Shown piece by piece: positions 1-13,552 of a stretch of 64,000 nucleotides of DNA. The DNA lies in assembly GCA_951406725.2 (NCBI GenBank), contig OX597827.1:34906001-34970000 (forward strand), given 5' to 3'. The DNA is from Octopus vulgaris (taxonomy: Eukaryota). The first letter of the stretch is position 1. Every line of letters starts with the position of its first letter. The notes under the pieces were generated by a model, which ran no database searches, had not been told where the DNA came from, and saw only the letters and a program-made list of their open reading frames with translations. The translations under genes were made by a program, and so were the position numbers.

Positions 1-162
1 ATAAGGTAGCCAGTTATTCAAAACCAGAAAAAAGGCATCCTACGGAAAAAAAAAAACGGTGGAAAGGTCACAACACTGACCTAGGAATAAACGACTGCCG
101 CTACAAGCACAACTGTTACCACTGCCACCTCCACAACCACCACCACCACCACCACCACCACC

Positions 163-194
<32 letters not shown>

Positions 195-595
195 AACAAC
201 AACAACAACAACTCTCTGCTGGATTGTTCATTATGTTTCTTAGCTCGGCAGAACTATGCTATGTCGGCAGCAAGGGTCATAAAGGTCAATTAGTCGTTCG
301 GTCGAAGGGCTGTCGGATAAGAATTGATCTAAGGTTACGCAACAACAACAGCAATTTAATACCTCTCACTATCTCTTCATAAAAAGTTGTATTTGTAATG
401 GTTTCTTTAAATAAGCAGAAGCAAAGAAGTTTGCTGGGAGGGGAATGGTCAATTATATCGATTCAGTACATGATTAGTATTTTATTTTAACGATTGCGGA
501 AAGATGAAAAGCTTAGTTGTCCTCGGTGAAATTAAAACTCGAAATGTAAAGAGCCAAAATTAATACTGTAAAGTTTTTTGGTCGACGTTCTAACG

Positions 596-1115
596 CAGTG
601 GTTCTCACCCGAGGTCCATATGTTCCCGAGTGGGGTGGGAGATTCCATATAAGCTTTATGGGGGGTCCAAGCCAGCAAAATAGTAAATTGGCGATCCACG
701 AGGATCAGTTAATTATGATTTTATTCAACATATTCTCATCTCAGATTCACAAACTTCAGTTTTTCTAAGCCCTGCAAAATAACTCGGAAGGTTGGGCCTC
801 CAACCAGGCCTTTCCCGACACCCTTAAAGCCAGGAACTTTTTAGCACCCACTCGTACTATATTAAGAACCCTTAATATTAAGATCCTTAATATATTAAGG
901 GCCCTTAAAAAAAATGTTACTTTGGTTGTATTTATCACAAGAAACAACTAGGTTTCTTTCTTTGACATTTTACATACTTCGGCTTACACAAGTTCATATG
1001 TGAAAAGATGAAGAGCAAAACAGGAATTTTGAAAGAGGTAAATATAAAACTAGTTTTAAAAAATCGAATGGCTATGGTGGTGGTGGTGGGGGGTCCACTA
1101 TAATAAAATTGGGTC
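596..1115. mobile_element. hAT-type MITE remnant with an internal insertion
   Basis: Starts cagtggttctca; body resembles the reverse complement of the MITE at 27007-27344. Confidence 0.55.
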
Positions 1116-1134
1116 CTTTTCTGTTTGGCTGTAC

Positions 1135-1433
1135 CTCTCTTTACTCTATTACTCTTTTACTTGTTTCAGTCATTTGACTGTGGCCATGCTGGAGCAGCAT
1201 CGGTTGTCAAGCGATGTTGGGGGGACAAACACAGACACATAAACATACACATACATATACATACATACATGTATACATACATATATATATATACACATAC
1301 ACGACGGGATTCTTTCAGTTTCCGTCTACCAAATCCACCCATAAGGCTTTGGTTGCCCAAGGTGCCACGCAGTAAGACTGAACTCGGAACCATGTGGTTC
1401 ATAAGCAAGCTACTTACCACACAGCCACTCCTG
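1135..1433 (-). mobile_element. tRNA-derived SINE (family A), internally deleted
   Basis: Reverse complement of the head and tail of the copy at 2290-2752. Confidence 0.85.
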
Positions 1434-1988
1434 TGGAAATTTCAAAGTGAAGATTTTAAGATTTGGTGTAGTGATGTAATTTTTCACGTTGAATCTCGGG
1501 GGATATTTAACTTTTCCCAGAAAATTTTAAAAAGAAAGTTACAAAGATTTAAAATTTAATAATCTTTACCCAGTCAGAGAACAGGATTTGGAAGCTGTCA
1601 TTTAATGCGTGACAGCACGTGTTGTCAACTGTAAACAAATGAAATATTGGCGGAATTCTGCTTTGCGCACGTCATATAACCCCTCATAACTTTTTCATTT
1701 TTGGGAATTTTCAGAAAACTTTGCGAATTTGTATTCTACACACGGGAATTTATACGATTATGTAATAATAAAGAAATTGGTGCGTGATTTAAGGCCTACT
1801 TAGCTATTATTTTTAGCAAATCTTCACAACCATCATTTAATAAGCGAAAAATGACTGCATGAGTAAATAATTTGAGAACAGCTTGGCTTGTTACTATGGA
1901 AACAAGCAAGAATGTATCTGTGTAAAGTTACCCCAAATTTGCAAACTTTAAAAACTATTAACTCTTTATTTCTTGATTAATGGCGAAA

Positions 1989-2447
1989 ATGAATTTCATG
2001 TCAATGATAAGCATACAAAACTACATCATTACATCCAATATGAAATCAATTGGAAGAGAAATTTAAGAAATTGAAAAGTGGCAGTCAAACAGCAAATATC
2101 CCAAAATTGTAATCAAAAAACAAAAAAGTTGAGAATCACTGTTCCAACGGTTATTCTAAAACCTGGGAAGCCAGCTCTAAGCAAATAGAGGTAAAACAGT
2201 CAGCTACTGGACTCACGTATTACTTCGAAACGACGAAGAAATGTCAACGCAGTTACTAGATTATTTAGACATAGTAAGCCAAATTTCCTCAGGAGTGGCT
2301 GTGTGGTAAGTAGCTTGCTTACCAACCACATGGTTCCGGGTTCAGTCCCACTGCGTGGTACCTTGGGCAAGTGTCTTCTAATATAGCCTCGGGCCGACCA
2401 AAGCTTTGTGAGTGGATTTGGTAGACGGAAACTGAAAGAAGCCCGCC

Positions 2448-2527
<80 letters not shown>

Positions 2528-3133
2528 GCATATGTTTGTGTGTCTGTGTTTGACTCCCCCCCCCAACATCGCTAGACAACCGATGCTGGTGTGTTTACGT
2601 CTCCGTAACTTAGCGGTTCGGCGAAAGAGACGATAGAATTAGTACTAGGCTTACAAAGAATAACTCCTGGGGTCAATTTACTCGACTAAAAGGCGGTGCT
2701 CCAGCATGGCCACAGTCAAATGACTGAAACAAGTAAAAGAGTAAAAGAGTATACAGTCGGATTTTTAAACATTGAATGGTTAAGAGGAGCATCCTGAGTA
2801 AAATAAGAATCAAAGAATCCATAGTCTAGGGGCTCAATGAATTTCATGTCAATGATTAGCATACAAAACTACATCATTACATCCAATATGAAATCAATTG
2901 GAAGAGAAATTTAAGAAATTGAAAAGTGGCAGTCAAACAGCAAATATCCCAAAATTGTAATCAAAAAACAAAAAAGTTGAGAATCACTGTTCCAACGGTT
3001 ATTCTAAAACCTGGGAAGCCAGCTCTAAGCAAATAGAGGTAAAACAGTCAGCTACTGGACTCACGTATTACTTCGAAACGACGAAGAAATGTCAGCGCGG
3101 TTACTAGATTATTTAGACATAGTAAGCCAAATT
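1989..3133 (+). repeat. About 295-bp direct duplication (1989-2286 and 2838-3133) bracketing a SINE
   Basis: Near-identical copies from tgaatttcatgtcaatgat to gtaagccaaattt. Confidence 0.9.
2290..2752 (+). mobile_element. Full-length tRNA-derived SINE (family A)
   Basis: A-box-like tggctgtgtgg, B-box-like ggttcagtcc, internal (TA)n and gtaaaaga-repeat tail; multiple copies in the window. Confidence 0.9.
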
Positions 3134-3134
3134 T

Positions 3135-3997
3135 ATGGGCTGTGGCTTGCTGTCAGTAAATACAATTGGGCTCAGTGATTTGATTTTCCTGGGGGACCTG
3201 TAATACTGCTAAAACGACCCTATCTTGGTGTCACGGTAACTTGGGGGTTAAACGAATGTTCGTATGTCTATTTCCTTTGCTCGTTTAATCCCATCATTTA
3301 TTAATGATGTTGGGTAATGTCTCTTGATTAGTATCGATCTGAGTTCAAGGAGTCTTCGTTCACGAATATTGGTGTCCGAAACTATGGTACAGATTCTTTT
3401 TGCTAGATTATAAGGTATATTAATTTTCATGTGTTTGGGGTGGCATGAGTTGAATAATAGGTATTGTTTTGAATCTGTGGGTACTATTTTAATTAGGATG
3501 TTATTGCTGTGTTCCATGGTAAATTATATGTTGCTATTGATATTGTTGAGCATTATTTTGAAATCGAGGAGTTTGTCCATGATATCTTTCCAAAGTCTAA
3601 AGCAATCGTCCAAATACCTCTTCCAGTTCTCCTTTAAATAGCAATGTAATGTAGTGCCATATTTTTGTAGTGATGATTGGTATATTTTAAGTTCTAGGTA
3701 ACCCATTACAAGGTTCGCGATCACTGGGGCAGCTCGGGTTCCCATCGCAATCCCACATTCTTGTCGATAGTAGACTGTATCGAACATGAAATAGTTGTTC
3801 AATAGGATGAATTTCAGTGCTGCTATTATGATTCTGTGGTTGATGCGTCGTGGGATCTCTTCTGGGTATTTTTCTAGCCAGATGGTGATTGGCTCTATGC
3901 CATAATCGTGTGGGATATTGGTGTACAGGTTCACCTCATTGAATGATACTAACAGGGTTCCTTCATTTATTCTCTTCGGGAGGTGGTTAAAAATGTC
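3135..3997 (-). mobile_element. Penelope-like element RT fragment (frameshifted)
   Basis: LVSFNEVNLYTNIP, YYRQECGIAMGT and WKRYLDD RT motifs, plus the PLE thumb motif TDSKQYLLFNSCHPKHMKINIPY. Confidence 0.9.
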
Positions 3998-4025
3998 TAC
4001 ACACACACACACGCACGCACGCACG

Positions 4026-4106
<81 letters not shown>

Positions 4107-4217
4107 CTTGCGATGTTTCACCAAAATGGAGAACTATAAATGTCACTAAATGCGACTAGTGTGTTAGAAAACACCTACAAGGAATGTAGATGTTTCCTAA
4201 CGTCCTATTCGTGTCTA

Positions 4218-4259
<42 letters not shown>

Positions 4260-4263
<4 letters not shown>

Positions 4264-4487
4264 ATGTGTGTGTGTCTTTGTGTATATGCTTGTTCCCCAC
4301 CACAGCTTGATAGCTGGTGTTGGTGTGTTTACGACCCCGTAACTTAGCGGTTCAGCAAAGAGGCTGGTAGAATAAGTACCAGGCTTCATTAAAAAAGTAC
4401 TGGGATCTATTCGTTCGACAAAAATTCTTTAAGGCGGTGGTCCAGCATGGCCGCAGTCTAATGAATGAAACAGCCAAAAGATAAAAG
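4260..4487 (+). mobile_element. SINE family A, 3' half
   Basis: Matches 2520-2750 (gtaacttagcggttc...cagcatggccgcagtc). Confidence 0.8.
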
Positions 4488-5289
4488 ACACTTACTGAAA
4501 GGGTTGATGAAAGAATCACTGATTAAATATACAAAACTGTACATTTACAGACATAGGAAACTATAAGGGTTTAGAGATGAAATAACCGCGTGACGCCGGC
4601 TGCATGAAAGTATGATAGTTAAGTTTGTGTTAACGTATTTTATGTGGAGATTTTAAAAAGCTTATTAGAAATAGCTGTGTCGTGAAGATACAACAATATT
4701 GGTCATCATGAAAATTAAGAAACTTCCAGAGAACGTGAAATAATTTTTTTTATCAGTGGATTTCAAAGCAGATAAAGCTATAAATAACAGCGTGGAAATA
4801 TGTGCATGCTATTGTCTACAGCTGTATCTATCGATAAAAACGAAGCGTTAGTCTTATTCTTTTCAGTTTTCCGACAAGGGCAAGAAGTTTGGGCATGTTT
4901 TGGTTTTATAACCTCATTAGCCAGTCAAAGCATCCATTGTACTTACCGAAGTAGTGATGTGATAATAACTTAATAAATGTACGTTATTGTACATTAGTTG
5001 GTGTAGGAAAATACAAAGGATAAATATAACTCAGTGGCACCATCCATATGAAAATAATAGTTAAGCTAGTATTAACACATTTAATACACAGAGCATTTAA
5101 AAGCTAAGAAGGTGAAATAAGTTCGCCAATACAACGCCCATTTCCTTAGCTACGTTACTTATTCTCATATCCTTTGCTACACAGCTAATGAAGGGTGGTT
5201 ACTACGTGACCTTGCCGACACTACTAGGAGACTCACTGCTAGAGGCTAATCACTCTAAACACAAGAATTAGCACGAGCCAACGACCAAC

Positions 5290-6014
5290 ACTATGCGTGG
5301 TCGTTCACCTGCTTGAAATAGCAGCCAAATATCATTCAAACCATGGGTTAATGGAGGATTACATTGGACAATGTTGCTTCCAATTTACAAAAACGGAATG
5401 GTCACGGCTAGTGCGTCTTTGATCACATATGTGCTCCACATGGCTGACGCGTGGCAACCCCCTCCCTCACCACCACTACTGCAACAGCAGCACCAACTAC
5501 AACAGCAGTGACAGTATCAATGTGATACGAAGGATCCTCTATGTAGTCGTTTGATCGGCTTGAAATAGCAACCAAATTTCCCTCAAATCGCGCGCATTTT
5601 TTTTTAACAGAATATGTTGAACAGGTTCTATATACTCTACGCCTGGATAAAAGACGTGAGTGATCGCAGATGAAACGCCTTCAATCGACCAGGTTTAACC
5701 TAGGGCCAAGCAACCAATGCTAGTGCCCACCCGCGCATCAGTCTTCGTCAGCCATTATAACAACCCTGGGAAGAGCCGCCATCTCTTTGGGCTGTCACTA
5801 GAATTGCTAAAAACAGCAGCTAAATTTCCCTCAAACTACGCTATCTAAAATAAAATGAAATTGAGTGAACAATGTAGTCATAGATTTACAAAGAGGAATG
5901 GTCATGGCTGGAACCCTTTTGATTATAAGTCTGCTTCATCGGGGTAGGCCTGGGGTGGGTGACTGGTCAGATAACAACAAAATGTCTTTTCATCAGCAAT
6001 GACTACTACTACCA

Positions 6015-6071
<57 letters not shown>

Positions 6072-6590
6072 TTTCTACCACCACCACTACTACTACCACC
6101 GCCACTGCCGTCACAACGAATATTACGTATAACCATTAAAATCACCACCTTCGTCATGTTATTGCTTCCATGACCACATCTCGCCACCATTGTCAAAACT
6201 CCACCACCACCACCGCTACTACTACTACAACAACTACTACTACTACTACTACTACTACATGGAAATGGCTGGATGGTCATGGCTGTGACGCCTTTGACTT
6301 ATATGTTTGTTCAATCAGAGCTGGTGGCCTGCTGGGGTCAAAACAACGACGACAACAGTTAGTACCACTGTAGCTAACAAGAGGTCGTTGAAAATGCTAG
6401 AAACTGCAGCAGAGTAACTCTCAAATTACACCCACTGACAAAAACAAAAAAAAAAGACACATTGCTTTATGTGGTTTTACAATTCACTATGACTGAAAAA
6501 AGACAGGAGGATGGTCATGGTCGGAATGCCTTTGATTATGGGCCTGCTCGATTAAAAGATAACCTGGCACTAAGCTCTATCAACAACAAC
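5290..6590 (+). repeat. Cluster of about 5 old short-repeat copies (gctagaaatagcagccaaat...ccctcaaa family) interleaved with trinucleotide repeats
   Basis: Motif recurs near 5310, 5560, 5805 and 6395, with a 3' half near 6260; also at 7830 (-), 9390, 22405, 22655 and 26660. Confidence 0.7.
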
Positions 6591-8199
6591 AATAACAACA
6601 ACTACTACTACTACTAGTAGTAGTAGTAGTAGTAGTAGCATCAAAGTTAATACCAATATTTACTATCCCCCACCCGCGACATACTACTCGTTCACCGCTC
6701 CCACTACCAATTCCCTCACCGTCGTGACTACTACTCAATGAATGCTATGACCACTTTTGCTGCTACCAACACCACAACACTGTGACTACGATTTCACAAT
6801 TACCACCGTTACTGCCTCCGCACTTCCCATTCCTCTAACACCCACCGTCCTTCACTCCCTCACTATCACAACTATAAACGCCGCCGCCGCCAACATGATA
6901 ATGCTTTACTACCATCACTTTCACCACCGACACCAATACCAACAATGCAGCTGCCGCCTCCACCATCTAACTAATCATTACCGGTACCATAACTATAACC
7001 ACCACCGCTACCATCATACCAATTCACTACTGCCACAATCGCCACCAGCACCAGCAGAGCAACCTTCAGCACCTCCTCCATCTCTAAAGCAAAGTGCAAA
7101 ATATGTGTCGGAACCTTCAAGAAGGAACAAATGAACGAACTAATGAATGAATGAAAACATAAATGAATAAGAGAAAGCAAGAAGAACGGAGAAAGAAAGA
7201 AAGAAAAGAAGGAAGAAAGGAAGAACTAGAGGGTAGGTCATTAGAAGTCTTCTTTGAAAAAAAAAAAAAAACTCAAGTGTTACTTATCGTAACAAAAATA
7301 AATAAATAAAGCACAAACTTTATTATGGAAGGTCAAGAATCACTTCTTCGACAAATGATATTCAGTGTTCGAGTCTGACCGGCGTTAGACCATGAATATG
7401 GTAACGCTTCTATAACTATTCAATATGATTGGTCAGAATTAAACTCTCAACGATATCTCTCTTAACACACACATACATACACACACACACACGTACACAA
7501 AACATATTTTTAATTCATGTTTCTAAATGATGCTGCTGCAGGAGAGGAATTTGGTTAATGTCAGAAATTATTATCAACATCATGATTATGGACACTAATT
7601 ATCTTGAGTAAAATTAGTCAATGGTTGTTTGGTTTTATTGTACCAGGTCTCCTCTTTTTTTTGTCCGTTTATTATTGTTTAGCCGTAGGTCATTCCTAAT
7701 TAAGCAGAGACCCTCGATGCAAGGCAATCAAGCAATGACCACCATGGCTTTTTAGTGGGTGTCAACGACTACATTATCTAATATGTGTATTGCTTTTTTA
7801 AACTGTGAGGTGTAACTTGAGGGAGATTTGGCTGCTATTTCTAGCAGATCGAGTGACCACCTAGAAGCTCCCCCATTTTTTTGTTTTTTGTTTTGGTTGA
7901 TCGTTATTGTTTCGTGAGGGTCAAGGGGAGAAAGTGAGGAACAAACAGCATCCGGTCACTACACACCGCCTACACCGTGGCCGAACTTGGTTAGAACAAT
8001 GGGAAGTCTCTCCGACCAGGCAATTCTTTGCGGATTTATTTCTGGTAAAGAATATTATTTACGATGTTTTTTTTTTCTTCCTGTTTTGATTGTTATCAAT
8101 ATTATTGCAACTGCCACTTATCCATATTATTATACAGCTCTAGTCTTATGGATTGAGTGTTTGGTAATAATTCCGATGATCGTTATCACAATTTAATAA

Positions 8200-8405
8200 G
8201 TTCTTGCGTTTATCAATATCGGAGGCTGAGAGAGTTCGCCGCTAATCTGCTGTCTTTAAAAGCAAACACATTGAAAGAGAGAATGAAATAGAGTAGAGAG
8301 AGAGAGAGTGAGAGAGTTCCGAGAGATAAAATTATATGACGAGTGCTATCGTTGACCTTTAATTACACACAGCAGACGTAGAACTAAGCTGGAACCTGGT
8401 ACAAT
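8200..8405 (+). promoter_or_regulatory. Candidate promoter / non-coding first exon of the zinc-finger gene
   Basis: Non-repeat, CpG-retaining sequence with a GA-rich tract just upstream of the CpG-depleted domain; possible donor ctg|gtacaa near 8399. Inference only. Confidence 0.3.
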
Positions 8406-10289
8406 ATTTTTGTCACCCTACTGCCGTGTCTTGTGACAAGAGGACCGTCGTTGTTTTTCTTTTTTTTTTCGGGTTCTCTGTTTTTCTCTTCGTGCTTTAG
8501 ATGCTGCTCTTTTTGTTTTTAATTCTGAAAAACTTATACTAAAAAATCATTATCTGTTTTCTTTTATCGTTGTTATATTTGATATATTTTATGTGTTGTA
8601 TTTTATTGAAGTATAATGTTTGGGGAATGGAAAACGAAACAAAATTGGGCTGACCATATTGTGAGTGGAATTTGGTATATGCAAACAGCAAAAGCCTGTC
8701 GATATATGATATATATAATGTGTGTACATACATATACACACGTGTTTGTCGTATTATGTTATCTTCTGTAAATTAGCATTTTGATAAATAGGATCAATGA
8801 AATAAGCACTGGAGTCGATGTAATCGAATCAAACCGATGCTCTAGCAGGGCCGTTGTCCCACACCCGAAATCAACGAGAATACGTGAGTGTCTAATATAT
8901 GCTACAGGAACATAAAAAAAATATTTAAAATTACTCGGAGGAGGGAATCTACAAAAAAAAAAAAAACCCCAGCTGCATGGTTTTAATTATACAAGTTGTA
9001 AATACATTAACATTTTAAATTAATTTCTTTCCCTTAAAACTATATATATGCTTTTGATTTTACAAACGAGAGAAAATGTACTCAATACATATATATATTG
9101 TTTTATTGGTATCTTAAAGATCGCAGCGGGTGAGAAACTAGCGATGGAGTGGATCACCAGCTTCCACTGGTTCGATTCTAGAAACTACCTGAAATTTTTT
9201 TCTTCTGAATCTTATTGTTTTCATATGTCCGTCGATTGTCATCACTTGTAATTATATAACTGGCTTAATTAATCACGCATACATATAATAATTAATATGT
9301 ATAATGTGTCAGTAATGTAACTCCCAGTGAAAAGTGCAACATGGCTGTAATCGCTACGAGTTTCAACAGTTCCTCTGAATCCACTGTGTGTTAGAAATAG
9401 CAGCCAAATACTCCTCGAGTTACACTCAACCATCTCAAACAAGAAAATAATCCATTGGTATATAGTCTTTGACACTGCTAGAAAGATGGACTGATCTTGG
9501 TTGAAATGCCTTTGGTCGTGTTTGATATGGAATTGTAAACAATAATATGATATCAAACCCCTAATGCTCTCCTTAGTCACAGTACTTAACTTTACTATTG
9601 ACATTTTTGATCTAGAAAACACTGGGAATTATAAGACCCACCTGTTTATTAGGTTCATAGCATTTAACCTGGCAAGTGAAGTAACCCATGATTGATGGTG
9701 GTCATGATTGGATTAGACTGATTTTGGTGAAATGATCATGATGATTGGCTTCTAGCTCAAAGACTGAGTGTGATCTACAAACCTGCGAGCCAGGCAGTGG
9801 CTGGTTACATAAACTATTGCCTTAGCAATAGTAGCTGTGATGAAAGTTGTTTAACTTTAGATCAACCTTGGTTTAATAGATGTATGATTAACTGACATTC
9901 TGTTGGTCACAATGATGAGGGAACACCCTGCTCATGAAATTAATGGGCAAGTGGCTGAGCACTCCACAGACATGTGTACCCTTAATGTAGTTCTCAGGGA
10001 GATTCAGCGTGGCACAGATTATGATAAGGGTCGACCTTTGAATTACTAGTACAACTCATTTTTGCCAGCTGAAATATGATTTGGTAGATGGAAACTGAAA
10101 GAAGCCCATCATATGTATATGTATGTGGTTCTGTATCTAGACATCACATATTGGTTGTAAATGTGCATTATTATCATACAAGTGAGGTTGTTCATTTCCA
10201 GATCTTTGATGGCAGAATGCTCTTTCTGTCATCTCTTTCGAAGTAAGGTAATATTTTCCCAATGCAGGACATTTCACAGAAGATTCTGA

Positions 10290-11250
10290 TTATGTAAGGT
10301 CTAGATTAGGCAGGGTGAGGCAGCACTTTCAGCCTCTCAAGTTCCTCTGATATTATATGCTGGGGCATTGTCATACTGTAGGAGTGCATGTCTTTCACTG
10401 ACCAATACTGAGTAGCAGGGTTTCAAAGCCTCATATAACTTGTTAGCGTTGTTTAGCATGAAGATCTGTGTTCACTACATGACCATCTGGGATAAACTCA
10501 AAGTGCAACACTCCCTTGAAATTCCACCAAACACACAATGGGACTTTTTCTTCAAACTGTCTTTGTTTGACAACAACCTCCGAAACCTGGCCAGAATGAA
10601 GTCACTGATTTCTCTGAATTAGGATTATGAAAATAGATCTTTTATCCCCAGTTACAATTTGATGCCAAAATGGGCATCTTGAGGATTTGCCAGCAGTTGT
10701 TCACATGTTGAGCCTGGTCATTGGTCATTTCATGAGAAACTTCTTGACAGTGTCTGCTCATAAGTCAAAGCTTATGGAAGTGTTGATTGATGATGCTCTA
10801 AGATGGACCAAGTTCTACTGACAATGTACAAGTGCTTGTACTTGGCTGTTGTTCACTCATTTCAAGCAGGGCCTCATCTTCCATAACAGGAGGTCTCCCT
10901 GAACTTGGAACTTGGTTTGTCTTCTAGGCTGGTGTCACCTTCCTTGAAATATCTGAACCAGTTTTGTGCCCTAAGTTCGTTGACAGTTCTTGGGCCTTCC
11001 ATATCATTAATTTCTTTTGCATTCAATCCTTTTTTCTACAGGTGTGTAAAATGGCTCTAATTGCAATTTTTTTACCACTCATTATCAAAACATTAAAATG
11101 AACAATAAACAATGTTTATGTGTTATGTATGAAAATAAAGAATAAACAATTCAGCAATGATAGGACAACAAGTTGTATCAAATTAATGATATAACATGGA
11201 GGTGCAAGTAGCCAAAATTTATCAGTGAAAACCTGAAAAAAAACAAAAAA
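10290..11250 (-). mobile_element. Degenerate mariner transposase relic
   Basis: Minus strand reads LLQYDNAP (HDNA motif) at about 10362-10384, with upstream mariner-like sequence; many stops. Confidence 0.65.
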
Positions 11251-12985
11251 ACTAACTCAACCTGAAGTGTGTGTGTATGTATATATATATATATATGCAC
11301 ATACACATGAAAGATTTCTTTTCAGTTTCTACCTACATCTACTCACAAAACTTTGATCAGCAATGTTGAACTAAAATTCTATGAAGCACAAAGAGGTCAT
11401 CAAGTTATATTTCCTCCTTAAAACATTAATAAAAAAGGTCCTTCAAAAAGCTAATACTTAATGGCTAAGAGAAAGAGCAGTAACTCTGACCATTTTCAAA
11501 CTTCAGAGAATGGTGAGAAGAAGTTGTCCTTTGATGAAAGATTTTGTCCAAATACCAACAGTAGGATGGAGTCTGCTGAAGGCACCAAAATACCTAGTGG
11601 TGTGTTAAATCAGATGATAGATTGACTGACCAAGAACAAGAACTCTCACTCCAAGAAGCTTCTGGCTACCAAGTTTCACTCACAAGGCTTGGCTCAAGCC
11701 AGAAGTATGGTAGAAAACAGTACCTCACTGTTAGGTACCACAGTACCTCACTGTACTCACAGTGAGACTAAACCTGAAACCATGTAACTGAAAATCTAAT
11801 TCCTCAACCATACAGCTGTGACCATGAAGGGTGGGGGTTGGATTCTAGGCCTTCAAAGGATTTGGTAAACCAACTTTTGCATTATTAAATTGATGTTTGG
11901 AACATAACTTTATGAAAGGTCTTAGATATAATTGTGAAGAAGTATTTTAACTTAACCTGAGGCTAACCATCACTAGACTTGGTATCAAAAGAATATATAT
12001 TGAAATACATATATCGTAATGCATATCTACTAGTTTTCTGTTATGTAGCTGTATGTATGGATGTTAGAGATATTGACTAGACTACCTTATGGTATTCTTT
12101 TCAACTCTACACTCTGAGTTCAAACCCTGCTGAAGTCAAATATATCTTTTATCTCTTCAGAATGGATAAATAAAGCTCCTGTCCAGTATTGGAGTAACCC
12201 CCCCCCACACTTTCTCTCAAATACACATTAGGAATACTAAGTGTATTTACACCCATGCCTTACTCAAGGCAAGCCAAATATTTAAGCATTCTTAGTACTT
12301 GTGAATAATGTCTGTGGTTATAAACCAAACTTAATAGCATGAAAATAAGTAGCTGGTTATTTAATTTTAAGCTTCCGTTGGCTTTTTTTTTCTCTTGTAA
12401 TCTTCACAGAAAAACAGTCTTCTTTTACTCCTTTGTTTAGTTTAATTCAATAAGCTGTTGCCATGTTAGGGTACCATTGCTTGTGGTGTAGTTGATTGTA
12501 TCAGGGTACTGTTACTGATCTAGCAATTATGAAAGGGAAAGTCAACTTGGAAGGGATTGGAACTTCAAGCACAAAGGGACGTAACTACCACAAGATATTT
12601 TGTCTGACATACTGATTATCTTATTTATCACCTTTGTAGGTATACATGCAGATACATTATAATGTATTTAGATATTCACGTAATACATTATAATGTAATT
12701 ATACATACGCATAATACATTATAATGAATGTATACACACACATGATGCATTATAATATATGTATACACTCATGATACATTGTCTGTATACACACATACAT
12801 TATATGGTATATTTATATATACACACACATACATACACATTATATGGCTTGTGTATACATACACATTATGCATTATATGGTAGGTATATACATATGCATG
12901 GGTTAAATAGCATGTATATACATATACATTATAAATTATATGGTATGCATACACATAGACATTTGTTATATGGTATAAATGTATA

Positions 12986-13380
12986 TCATCATCATCATCA
13001 TCGTTTAACGTCCGTTTTCCATGCTAGCATGGGCTGGACGGTTCGACCGGAGTCTGGAAAACCAGGAGGCTGCACCAGGCCCAGTCTGACCTGGCAGAGT
13101 TTCTACAGCAGGATGCCCTTCCTAAGGCCAACCACTCTGTGAGTGTAGTGGGTGCTTTTTACGTACCGCTGGCACAGGTGCCTGGTCAGGCTGGCAACGG
13201 CCACGATCGGTTGGGAAGCCAGTCGAGGTGGCGCTGGCAAAGGCCACATTCGGTAGGTTCTTTTATATGCCACTGGCACTGGTAGCACAGCTACAGTTTC
13301 CATTGATTTTTGATCGATTTCGATTTCACTTGCCCCAACAGGTCTTCGCAAGCAGACATTTGTGTCCCAAGAAGGAAAGG
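12986..13380 (-). mobile_element. SINE/RTE-tail repeat with (ATG)n tail (family C)
   Basis: Reverse complement of 32165-32455. Confidence 0.8.
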
Positions 13381-13552
13381 TATATATATATATATATATA
13401 TCTTCTGCACACTCACACAGACCAGCCCTGTCCTTCTGACTGTTTTGGAGTACTTAATTCTTGGATTTCTCTCTACCATTAGATTACGTCACCTTTTTAT
13501 TTATTCAGAGTATGCAATTCCTGCACCTTTTGTATATATGTGTACACACACA

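Noticed and set aside
274-288. Nuclear-receptor DR3-like site GGGTCA-taa-AGGTCA
   Set aside because: A single short motif with no supporting context; could be chance.
2290-2365. tRNA gene
   Set aside because: The A/B boxes belong to a multi-copy SINE head; no clean cloverleaf.
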